A stretch of DNA of 64,000 bases from an uncultured Acidobacteriota bacterium (GTDB lineage Bacteria; Acidobacteriota; Thermoanaerobaculia; Multivoradales; UBA5704): positions 9,133 through 73,132 of the forward strand of contig CAVVXL010000021.1 of NCBI GenBank assembly GCA_963752235.1. The letters are read 5' to 3'. Position 1 is the first letter of the stretch, and the number at the start of each line of letters is the position of its first letter. Under the pieces are notes generated by a model that saw only the letters and a program-made list of their open reading frames with translations, did not search any database and was not told the origin of the DNA. Both the position numbers and the translations under genes were made by a program. Below are positions 35,880 through 44,439 of the stretch, in pieces.

Positions 35880-38207
35880 CTAGTACAGGAAGGCGTAGCC
35901 GATCTTCACGAAGAAGGAGCGGTCGGTCTGCGTCAGCGGGATGCCGAAGATTCCCTGCCGGGTGTTGGTGTAGCCGGTGAACAGCACGGTCTGCGGGTTG
36001 ATCTTGTAGGAGAACAGGAACTGCCCGAAGAGGTTCTTGTCGTGCCGCTCGACGTCGAACTTGTAGAGCTCCGGATCGCGGGTGATGTCCTGGTACTGAA
36101 TGATGGCGCGCACGAAGGTGCGCACGTTGAACTGGTAGACGATGCGCGCCTGCGAGAGCTGCGCGTCGAACAGCTCGCCTCCGGCGACGCGAAGCTTCTC
36201 GTCCTCGTAGGAGCCGGTGAGCTGGAGGTGATCGCCGAGGCGGATCTGCGCCGAGGGAAGCCAGGTGACCGAGCGCGCCGGCCGCGTGTTGTCGAAGTCG
36301 ATGTCGTCGCCGAACTGGGTGGAGAGGCCGAGCTTCAGCCCGCCCGTCGGGTTGAAGGTGAAGTTGACCAGTTGCTGATTGAGATCGAAGGTGATGCCGT
36401 TGAAGAACGTCTTGTTGCGGTAGTAGTGGGCGTCGAGCGCCGACTGCAGCGGCCCGGCGTAGGTGCCGAAGAGCTCGAGGTTCTGGTCGGTCAGCGTCCC
36501 CTGATGGTCCTCGGTGCGCAGGGCGTGGACGCCGACGCTCGCCTGCGCGTACCACCCGCCCTTGGTGTCGCTGTAGAAGTCGCGCTCGATCTCACCCTCG
36601 GAGGTCTTGGTGTCGACCCGCGGGATGAAGCCGCTGTCGGCACGGAAGCCGGGGCCGAGGTCCTCGTAGGTGGCGAACCCCCGCCAGGTGCGGGAGATGT
36701 GGTTGTACTGCAGGTGAAAGGCGTCGTCCTGGAAGGCGTTGATCGACTGGTCGTTGCGCTGGGCGATCGCCAGCGGGTACTGGGTGTCCGAGCGCAGGTA
36801 CTGGACGCGCACGGTGTCCGACGGAGTGAGGCGGAAGAAGCCGTCGAGCCCGCCCAGCCGGTTGTGGTAGTCGTCCCCCTTCCCTTCGCGGTCGGTGTAG
36901 AGCACGCCGAGCGTCGAGCGGTCGCCGATGTCGCGCCGGTAGCGCACCACGCTGCTGTCCACTTTGTCGTCGAGGAAGGCGAACGAGGAGTTCTGGTTCG
37001 ACGGGATGATCAGGTTGTTGAGGGCGTCCTGCGCCACGAACAGCCCGAGCGAGTTCTTCCCTTCCTTGGCGTTGACCTTGATCCCCCAGTCCGGATCGGC
37101 CACCGTGCGGGTGAAGACCGCCTGGAGCGGGGTCAGGAAGAGGTCGGCCCCCTCGAGGAAGAACGGGCGTTTCTCCGGGAAGAAAAGGGCGAAACGGGTA
37201 TTGATCGCGAGTTGGGCGACGTCGGCCTCGACCTGCGAGAAGTCGGGGTTGACCGCCGCTTCGAGGGAGACGTTCGGGGTGATCCCCCAGCGCGCGGTGA
37301 TGCCGGGATCGACCTTCGACTTGTCCTTCTGGAGATGCCCGTTGGGGAACGAGTCGAGGGTGTCGCTGCGCAGCCCGGTCAGCGTCGGATCGAGCTCGAG
37401 GTTGCGGCCGGGCGCGATCCCCTGGAAGCCGGAGAGCTTGTTTTCCTCGCAGAGGGTGCAGTCCTTGGCTCGGTCGGTGTGGCGCGAGGAGATGCGGTGG
37501 CGGACGTTGCGCGGATAGCTGCGGAACATCTCGATCCCCCAGGTCTGCGCCGCGGCGGTGCGCGGGAAGCGGAGCTGGCGGAAGGGGATGGCGATCTCGG
37601 CCACCCAGCCGTCGGCGGTGATCCGCCCGGCGGAGTTCCAGATCGCGTCCCAGGAGAAGTCCTCCACCCCATTGGACTCGGCGAACACGCCGTCGACCTG
37701 CACGCCGAGCGGATTGACGCGGAACTGGAAGGCGCGCCGCTCGTCGTTGAAGGTATCGATCTGAAAGCCGACGTGGTCGTCCTGGACGAACGGGCCGGTG
37801 GCGTCGCGGTCCATGTAGTGGGCGCGGATCTGCTTCGGGTCGGGGTCCTGGCAGCGGAAGGCGACGTAGAGGTTGTCGCCGTCGTAGGTGACCAGCGCCT
37901 CGGTCTTCACCGGCGGCGTGACGTTGTCGCCGGGGTACCACTCGTAGGGCAGATCGATCACCGTCGCCGTCTTCCAGGCATCCTCGTCGAGCACGCCGTC
38001 GATCTTGATCGGCGTCGCGGCGCGGGTGACCTGGAACTGGCGCAGCCCGACGGCCTCCGGCTGCGGCGGGACGGGGTGCTCGGGCTGCGGGATGGCCGGA
38101 GGCTGCGGCGGCTGCGGCGGCTGGGCCCGGACGCTGCCGGTGAGCGCGGCGGCGAGCCATGCCGCGGCGAGCAGACCGGTGCGGACTCTATGCATAGGGG
38201 CTCTCAT
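35880..38207 (-). CDS. DUF5916/CBM9-like domain outer-membrane protein
   Basis: Signal peptide LLAAAWLAAALTGSVRAQ. Pro/Gln-rich linker. ~775 aa, ends ...KIGYAFLY. Family assignment from memory. Confidence 0.65.
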   Translation of the reverse strand: MRAPMHRVRTGLLAAAWLAAALTGSVRAQPPQPPQPPAIPQPEHPVPPQPEAVGLRQFQVTRAATPIKIDGVLDEDAWKTATVIDLPYEWYPGDNVTPPVKTEALVTYDGDNLYVAFRCQDPDPKQIRAHYMDRDATGPFVQDDHVGFQIDTFNDERRAFQFRVNPLGVQVDGVFAESNGVEDFSWDAIWNSAGRITADGWVAEIAIPFRQLRFPRTAAAQTWGIEMFRSYPRNVRHRISSRHTDRAKDCTLCEENKLSGFQGIAPGRNLELDPTLTGLRSDTLDSFPNGHLQKDKSKVDPGITARWGITPNVSLEAAVNPDFSQVEADVAQLAINTRFALFFPEKRPFFLEGADLFLTPLQAVFTRTVADPDWGIKVNAKEGKNSLGLFVAQDALNNLIIPSNQNSSFAFLDDKVDSSVVRYRRDIGDRSTLGVLYTDREGKGDDYHNRLGGLDGFFRLTPSDTVRVQYLRSDTQYPLAIAQRNDQSINAFQDDAFHLQYNHISRTWRGFATYEDLGPGFRADSGFIPRVDTKTSEGEIERDFYSDTKGGWYAQASVGVHALRTEDHQGTLTDQNLELFGTYAGPLQSALDAHYYRNKTFFNGITFDLNQQLVNFTFNPTGGLKLGLSTQFGDDIDFDNTRPARSVTWLPSAQIRLGDHLQLTGSYEDEKLRVAGGELFDAQLSQARIVYQFNVRTFVRAIIQYQDITRDPELYKFDVERHDKNLFGQFLFSYKINPQTVLFTGYTNTRQGIFGIPLTQTDRSFFVKIGYAFLY

Positions 38208-38225
38208 CGAAGGTTCGTCTCCAGA

Positions 38226-38271
38226 AAAAATCGGATCGAAAACCGGGCGGGGGCACCTGCGCGCCCCCGCC
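38226..38271 (-). terminator. rho-independent terminator after the MFS gene
   Basis: Minus strand: ggcgggggc-gcgcaggt-gcccccgcc followed by cggttttcgatccgattttttctgg. Confidence 0.7.
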
Positions 38272-38278
38272 TCGGCGG

Positions 38279-39664
38279 TCAGGCCTGGGCGGGCGCCTCG
38301 TCGGGAACGTCGGCCGACGTCTCGGGCTCCGGCTCAGGCTCCGGAGCCTTCCGCTTGGGAGCGTCGGGGAGCTCGGCTTCGACGTTGCGGACGCGCGGGT
38401 TCAGGAAACCCATCAGGGCCACGATCACGGGAACCAGCGCCATCGAGACCATCAGCAGGCCGATGCCGCGGCCGGGGCCGACGCCGATCACCCGCCCCGC
38501 GATCGTGCCGGCGAGAACGCCGCCGACCATCATCGCCGGGTTGAAGATCTTGTCGGAGAGCGGGCCGGCCGAGAAGTCGCCGAGCGGCACGGTGAACTGG
38601 GCGATCATGCGGCGCACCGCGAAGACCCGCCCCTGGACGTCGCCCGGGGTCTTGCTCTGCCAGATCGCCTGGCTCGACGCGTTCATGATCGGCAGGCCGA
38701 TGTACCAGAGGAGGACGCCGGCGCCCACCATGTAGATGTTGGGGCGCAGGCCGATGATCACGAACCAGACGCCGAGCGCCGCCCAGGCTCCGAGCACGCC
38801 GTAGATCCGCTTCTTGGGACCGCCGGTGGCGGTCATGATGAGGCCGCCGCACAGCGTGCCGACGCCGACCAGGGCCATGATCGTCCCCACCGCAGCCTCG
38901 TTGGCGAAGCTGGCGATCATCGGCAGGACGGCGACGCCGCACATCGACATCACGAAGTTGATCAGGGCGAAGAGGCAGAGCAGGTTGAACAGCCCCGGCC
39001 GCTCGCGGATGAAGGTCCAGCCGAAGGCCGCCTCCTTCCAGATCGATCCCTTGGCGCGCCGCCCCTCCTCGCTCTGCTCCGGGCGCGGGACATGGACCAG
39101 CAGCAGCGCCCCGGCGGCGACCAGGAAGGTGACGAAGTCGATCATCAGGATCCGCTCGGCGCCGATCCACAGCAGCAGGACGCCGCCGATGAACGGTCCG
39201 GCGATCGTGGTCGCCGAGCCGGCGAACTCCAGGAAGCCGTTGACCCGCCCGTAGTCCTTGGGCTGCACCAGCAGGGTGATCGCCGCGATGTAGGCCGGCC
39301 ACTGGAAGGTGGCGACGACCGAGTTGAAGAGCACGCCGATGTAGATGTGCCAGACCTCGAGCTGGCCCTGCGACAGCAGGTAGGCGTAGGTCCCCACGGT
39401 GAACGCGGGAGCGATGCTGCACCAGAACAGGACCCATTTCCGGTCCCAGCGGTCGACGAGGGCCCCGGCGATCGGCCCGATGAAGATCCCGGGAAGCCCT
39501 GCGAAGACGATCGTCAGGGTGAACTGGGTCACCGAGTGGGTGTGCTTCAGCACCCACAGGCTGAGCGCGAAGCTGGTCAGCCCGGAGCCCATCAGGGAGA
39601 TGAACTGCCCCACCCAGATGATGACGAACGTCTTGAAGGGACTGCTTTCTTTTGGTTCTGACAT
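38279..39664 (-). CDS. MFS transporter (EntS/macrolide-efflux-like), probable exporter of the NRPS product
   Basis: 12 predicted TM segments. VDRWDRK motif. 62 bp downstream of the last NRPS gene on the same strand. Confidence 0.8.
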   Translation of the reverse strand: MSEPKESSPFKTFVIIWVGQFISLMGSGLTSFALSLWVLKHTHSVTQFTLTIVFAGLPGIFIGPIAGALVDRWDRKWVLFWCSIAPAFTVGTYAYLLSQGQLEVWHIYIGVLFNSVVATFQWPAYIAAITLLVQPKDYGRVNGFLEFAGSATTIAGPFIGGVLLLWIGAERILMIDFVTFLVAAGALLLVHVPRPEQSEEGRRAKGSIWKEAAFGWTFIRERPGLFNLLCLFALINFVMSMCGVAVLPMIASFANEAAVGTIMALVGVGTLCGGLIMTATGGPKKRIYGVLGAWAALGVWFVIIGLRPNIYMVGAGVLLWYIGLPIMNASSQAIWQSKTPGDVQGRVFAVRRMIAQFTVPLGDFSAGPLSDKIFNPAMMVGGVLAGTIAGRVIGVGPGRGIGLLMVSMALVPVIVALMGFLNPRVRNVEAELPDAPKRKAPEPEPEPETSADVPDEAPAQA

Positions 39665-39726
39665 GTTTTCCCTTTGCTCGCGTTACTCGCGGAGCCGCCC
39701 TAGGCGGTCTCGTGAAATGGTGGAAA

Positions 39727-42700
39727 CTAGGAGGCGGCGCCGGCGCCGCGGGTCCGGAAATCGTCGACGAACCAGCGCAGCACCTCGCGGCAATGCGCCG
39801 CCAGCGCCTGCACCGTCTCGATCTTGTGGAGATTGGTGTTGTGCTCCCACTTGATCAGCAGCTTGTCCTCGATGACGTAGGCGCCGATGGTGATCGGACA
39901 GAGCCGCTTGGTGCCGCGGTCCTGATGGTAGCCGCCGAACATCTGGATCTTGCGCAGCCGCTCGAGCTCCTTGGCGTTGTCGGGGCCGAGGTAGTTGAAG
40001 AAGACCTGCGGCTCGAGCGCCCTGCCCATGTGGTCCATGACGTCCGGGTCGGTCGAAAGATAGCGCAGCAGGCCGAAGCCGGTGCCGCCGTGCGGGATGC
40101 GCCGCAGCTGCCGGTTGAGCTCGCGGGCGCTCGCCACCCAGTCCGGGTCGGGCCCCATGTCGAGGAGCACGGGATAGATGGTGTTGAACCAGCCGATGCT
40201 GCGGGTCAGGTCCATGTCGTCGTAGAGCGCCTCCCGCCCGTGGCCGAGCAGCAGGATGGGGAGCGAGCGTGAGCCGATCCAGCGCTCGAAGGCGGTGAGC
40301 ACGGCGGTGACCAGGACGGCGTCGATCTGCACGCCGAGGAAGCGCGGCACTCGCTGGAGCAGGATCTGGGTCTCCTCGAGGTCGAATTCGGCGGGTTGGA
40401 AGCGCGCCGAGATCCAGTCGTTCGGCCCCAGCTCGTGATCCATCGGGAAGCGCGGCGGGTTGATCGGCGCCTGCGCCAGCCAGTAGTCGAGCTCCTGCTG
40501 CGGCATGCCGCCCGGCTTCGCCCGCGCCGCCAGCCGCTCGGCCCACTGCTGCGCCGAGGTCGTCTTGCGCGGCACGCTGATCGCCTCCCCCGCCTCGAGC
40601 TGCCGGTAGGCGGCGTCGAGGTCGTCGAGCAGCATCTGCCAGGAGTTGATGTCGGCCGCCATGTACTGCCCGGTGATGTGAAGAAAACGAATCTTCCCCG
40701 GTTCCAGATCGAACATAACCGTACGAAGCAGGTTCCCCTCGGCCATTTTGCAGCTTATCACCAAGTCGCGCACGGCCTTCGAGAGGACCACCATCTTGAG
40801 GTCTTCGGCGACCTCCGAGAGGTCGACCCGCAGCAGGTTGACCGGCGCGCCGGGAGGGTCGATGAAGAGTCCGAGCGTCTCTCCCTCGCCGGTGACCCGC
40901 ACCCGCAGGTTGTCGTGGTGGCGCATGACGTGCTCCATCGCCGCCTCGAAGAGGTGGAACTGGAGATCGCCGTCCTTCGGCTCGAACAGCATGCCGATGG
41001 TGTGGTAGTCGGGGTTCGGGTGGTGCTGGTCGAGGAAGTGGAGCTGCGCCGGCGTCCACCCCACCGGGCCCGTCACCGGCCCCTGCTCGGCGACGATCTC
41101 GATGGTCCCGGCGACGGCCGCCAGCTCGGCGATCGTGCGGTGCTGGAAGACGGCCTTGGTGGTGATCCCCATCGCCGCCTTGTTCGCCTTGGTCACCACG
41201 CGGATGACGAGGAGCGAGTCGCCGCCCAGCTCGAAGAAGTCGTCGTTGATCCCCACCCGCTCGAGGGAGAGCAGCTCGGCCCAGAGCGCGCAGAAGAACT
41301 CCTCCTTCTCGTCGCGCGGCGCCACGTACTCGCGGGCCGCGGAGGCGCGGTCGGGGGCCGGCAGGGCGCGGCGGTCGACCTTGCCGTTGGGGGTCAGCGG
41401 CATCGCGTCGAGGAAGGTATAGACGGCCGGCACCATGTACTCCGGCAGCTTTTCTTTCAGATAGGCGCGGAGGTCCGTGACGTTCGGCTTACCGGTACCG
41501 GCGTCGGCGCCGGCGGCGGTCACCAGATAGGCGGCGAGCTGCTTGCTGCCGGGCGAGTCCTCGCGCGCCACCACCACCGACTGGCCGACCGCCGGATGCT
41601 GGTCGAGGGCGGTCTCGATGTCGCCGAGCTCGATGCGGAAGCCGCGCACCTTGACCTGGTGGTCGATGCGGCCGAGGAACTCGATTCTGCCGTCGGCGAG
41701 ATGCCGCGCCAGGTCCCCCGTGCGGTAGAGGCGTGCCCCCGGCTCCTCCACCAGCGCGGCGAAGGGGTGCGGGATGAACTTCTCGGCGCTGAGGTCGGGC
41801 CGCCCGCGGTAGCCGCGGGAGAGGCCCGCGCCGCCGATCAGCAGCTCGCCCGGCACCCCGGCCGGCACCGGCTTGAGCTGGCGCGAGACGAGGTAGATCT
41901 CGGTGTTGTCGAGCGGCTTGCCGATGGTGATCGGCCCCGAGGAGCTCACCTGGTCGAGGGTCGACCAGATCGTCGCCTCGGTCGGGCCGTAGACGTTCCA
42001 CAGCGAGCCGCAGGCGGCGAGGAGCTGGCTCGCGAGGTCGCGCGGCAGCGCCTCGCCGCCGCAGAGGATCTTGAGGTCGCGATCGCCGAGCCACCCCGCG
42101 GCGAGCAGCAGGCGCCAGGTGGCGGGGGTCGCCTGCATGGCGGTGACCCCCTTCTGCTCGAGGACCTCCCTGAGCTTCTCCCCCGCCTGGGTGGTCTCGC
42201 GGGTGACCAGCAGCAGCCGCGCGCCGCAGACCAGCGGCAGGTAGAGCTCGAGCCCCGCGATGTCGAACGAGAGGGTGGTGACGGCGAGCAGGGTGTCGGC
42301 GCTGGTCAAACCCGGCCGCTTGCGCATCGAGCTCAGGAAGTTGACCACCGCCGAGTGCGGGATCTGCACCCCCTTCGGCTTCCCCGTCGAGCCCGAGGTG
42401 TAGATGACGTAGGCGACGTTGCCGGGCTGGACGCCGGCGTCGAGGGGCCCGGCGCTCTCCGCGGCGATCGCCGCCGCGTCGCGGTCGACCGCCACGATCC
42501 GCGCGCCGTGCTCCGGCAGGCGCTCGATCAGTGCACTTTGAGTGAGCAGCACCGGCACCCGCGAGTCGTCGAGCATGTGGGCGAGGCGCTCCTTCGGGTA
42601 CTCGGGATCGAGCGGCACGTAGCCGCCCCCCGCCTTGAGCACCGCGAGCACTCCGGCCAGCATGTCGAGCGAGCGCTCCATGGCGAGGCCGACCAACGTC

Positions 42701-44376
42701 TCCGGACCGACGCCGTGGCGGCGCAGGTGGTGGGCCAGACGGTTGGCCCGCTCGTCGAGCTCGCGGTAGGTCAGCCGGCTTGCCTCGAGCTCGACGGCGA
42801 CGGCGTCCGGGGTCTGGCGCACCCGCTCCTCGATCCAGCCGTGGAGGGTGACGGCGGGGACCTCGGCGGCGGTGGCGTTCCAGTCGACCAGCACCTGCCG
42901 CCGCTCCTCGGTCGACAGCAGCGGCAGCTCCGAGAGGTGGAGGCCGGGCTGCTCGATCACCGCCGCGAGCACCCGCCGGTAGTGGTCGAGCAGGCGCTCC
43001 ATGGTCCCCCGCTCGAAGAGGTCGGTGTTGTACTCGAGGAAGCCGTCGATGCCGGCCGGCGTGTCGGTGAAGTAGAGGGTCAGCTCGGTCTTCGAGGTGC
43101 GGCTGTCGATCGCAACCGGCCGCAGCTTGAGGCCGGGGAGGTCCATTGCCTCGCCCGGCGCGTTCATCAGGATCAGCATCACCTGGAAGAGCGGCGTGCG
43201 CGCCATGTCGCGCGGTGGGTTGAGCTCCTCCACCAGCTTCTCGAACGGCACGTCCTGATGGGCGTAGGCGTCGAGCGACACCTCGCGCTCACGGGTCAGC
43301 AGCTCGCGGAAAGTCGGGTCGCCCGCGAGGTCGCTGCGCAGCACCAGGCTGTTGGCGAAGAAGCCGATCAGCACCTCGATCTCCGGCTGGCGGCGGTTCG
43401 CGATCAGCGTGCCGACCGCGATGTCCTCCTGGGTGGTCCAGTGGTGCAGCAGCGCCTTGAACGCCGCCATCAGCACGATGAACAGGGTCGACCCCTCGCG
43501 CTGCGCGAAGCTCTTGAGGTCGTTCGCCAGACGGTCTCCGAGCACCAGCGGGATGGCGGTGCCGTTGTGGGAGCGCACGGCCGGGCGCGGATGATCGGTC
43601 GGCAGCTCGAGCGGCGGCACCGAGCCGAGCTGCCGGCGCCAGAAAGCGAGCTGCGCCTCGAGCACCTCGCCGGACAGCCACTCCCGCTGCCAGACCGCGA
43701 AGTCGAGGTACTGGATCGGCAGCTCGAGCAGCGGCGAGGGGATGCCGGCGGCGAAGGCGTCGTAGATCGCCGCCAGCTCGCGGGCGAAGATCCCCATCGA
43801 CCAGCCGTCGTAGGCGATGTGGTGCACGTTGTAGTAGAGCAGGTACTCGCGCTCACCGGCGCGGAAGAGCTTGGCGCGCATCAGCGGCCCGAGCGTAAGG
43901 TCGAACGGCTCGCGCGCGTCGGCGGCCGCGAGGCGCAACGCCTCCCCCCAGGCGTCGGCCGGGTCGCTCACCCGCGGCCGGGCGTCGACGTAGGGAACCT
44001 CCATGTCGACCACCTGCGCGATCACCTGCGCCGGCGTCCCCTCGAGCGAGCGGAAGGTGGTGCGCAGCGTCTCGTGACGGCGCACCAGCTCGCGCAGCGC
44101 CTTCTGCATCACCTCGGGGTCGAGCTCGCCCTCGATGCGGAAGGCCTGGGGGATGTTGTACTCCGGGCTCTCCGGCTCGAAGTTGTTGAGGAACCAGAGG
44201 CGCTGCTGGGCGAAGGAGAGCGGGTAGGTCTCGCTCTCGCGCGCCTGACGCGGTATGCGCTTCGTCTCGCCGGCCGGCTCCTTTTCCTCCCGCTGCTTCT
44301 GGAGCTGCTGGAAAAGGAGCATGCGCTTTTCGAGCGGCAGCTCGGCGATCCGCTTGGCGATTTCGGTGTCCGTCAT
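39727..44376 (-). CDS. NRPS, final module C-A-T plus terminal condensation-like (C_T) domain
   Basis: C: PLSFAQQRLWFL, HHIAYDGWS. A: LTYRELDERANRLAHHL, YTSGSTGKPKGV, FDIAGLELYLPL. T: FFELGGDSLLVIRV. C-terminal ~450 aa C-like domain. No thioesterase domain. Confidence 0.9.
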   Translation of the reverse strand: MTDTEIAKRIAELPLEKRMLLFQQLQKQREEKEPAGETKRIPRQARESETYPLSFAQQRLWFLNNFEPESPEYNIPQAFRIEGELDPEVMQKALRELVRRHETLRTTFRSLEGTPAQVIAQVVDMEVPYVDARPRVSDPADAWGEALRLAAADAREPFDLTLGPLMRAKLFRAGEREYLLYYNVHHIAYDGWSMGIFARELAAIYDAFAAGIPSPLLELPIQYLDFAVWQREWLSGEVLEAQLAFWRRQLGSVPPLELPTDHPRPAVRSHNGTAIPLVLGDRLANDLKSFAQREGSTLFIVLMAAFKALLHHWTTQEDIAVGTLIANRRQPEIEVLIGFFANSLVLRSDLAGDPTFRELLTREREVSLDAYAHQDVPFEKLVEELNPPRDMARTPLFQVMLILMNAPGEAMDLPGLKLRPVAIDSRTSKTELTLYFTDTPAGIDGFLEYNTDLFERGTMERLLDHYRRVLAAVIEQPGLHLSELPLLSTEERRQVLVDWNATAAEVPAVTLHGWIEERVRQTPDAVAVELEASRLTYRELDERANRLAHHLRRHGVGPETLVGLAMERSLDMLAGVLAVLKAGGGYVPLDPEYPKERLAHMLDDSRVPVLLTQSALIERLPEHGARIVAVDRDAAAIAAESAGPLDAGVQPGNVAYVIYTSGSTGKPKGVQIPHSAVVNFLSSMRKRPGLTSADTLLAVTTLSFDIAGLELYLPLVCGARLLLVTRETTQAGEKLREVLEQKGVTAMQATPATWRLLLAAGWLGDRDLKILCGGEALPRDLASQLLAACGSLWNVYGPTEATIWSTLDQVSSSGPITIGKPLDNTEIYLVSRQLKPVPAGVPGELLIGGAGLSRGYRGRPDLSAEKFIPHPFAALVEEPGARLYRTGDLARHLADGRIEFLGRIDHQVKVRGFRIELGDIETALDQHPAVGQSVVVAREDSPGSKQLAAYLVTAAGADAGTGKPNVTDLRAYLKEKLPEYMVPAVYTFLDAMPLTPNGKVDRRALPAPDRASAAREYVAPRDEKEEFFCALWAELLSLERVGINDDFFELGGDSLLVIRVVTKANKAAMGITTKAVFQHRTIAELAAVAGTIEIVAEQGPVTGPVGWTPAQLHFLDQHHPNPDYHTIGMLFEPKDGDLQFHLFEAAMEHVMRHHDNLRVRVTGEGETLGLFIDPPGAPVNLLRVDLSEVAEDLKMVVLSKAVRDLVISCKMAEGNLLRTVMFDLEPGKIRFLHITGQYMAADINSWQMLLDDLDAAYRQLEAGEAISVPRKTTSAQQWAERLAARAKPGGMPQQELDYWLAQAPINPPRFPMDHELGPNDWISARFQPAEFDLEETQILLQRVPRFLGVQIDAVLVTAVLTAFERWIGSRSLPILLLGHGREALYDDMDLTRSIGWFNTIYPVLLDMGPDPDWVASARELNRQLRRIPHGGTGFGLLRYLSTDPDVMDHMGRALEPQVFFNYLGPDNAKELERLRKIQMFGGYHQDRGTKRLCPITIGAYVIEDKLLIKWEHNTNLHKIETVQALAAHCREVLRWFVDDFRTRGAGAAS

Positions 44377-44439
44377 CTCAGCTTCTCCTGATCATTTCCT
44401 GATCGATCATGCGTGGCAGCGCGAGGGTGTCCCGGCCGG

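Noticed and set aside
35868-38735. 955-aa plus-strand ORF, also 36592..38160(-)
   Set aside because: Shadow and alternate frames of the DUF5916 outer-membrane protein gene (35880..38207, minus), which has a signal peptide and coherent sequence.
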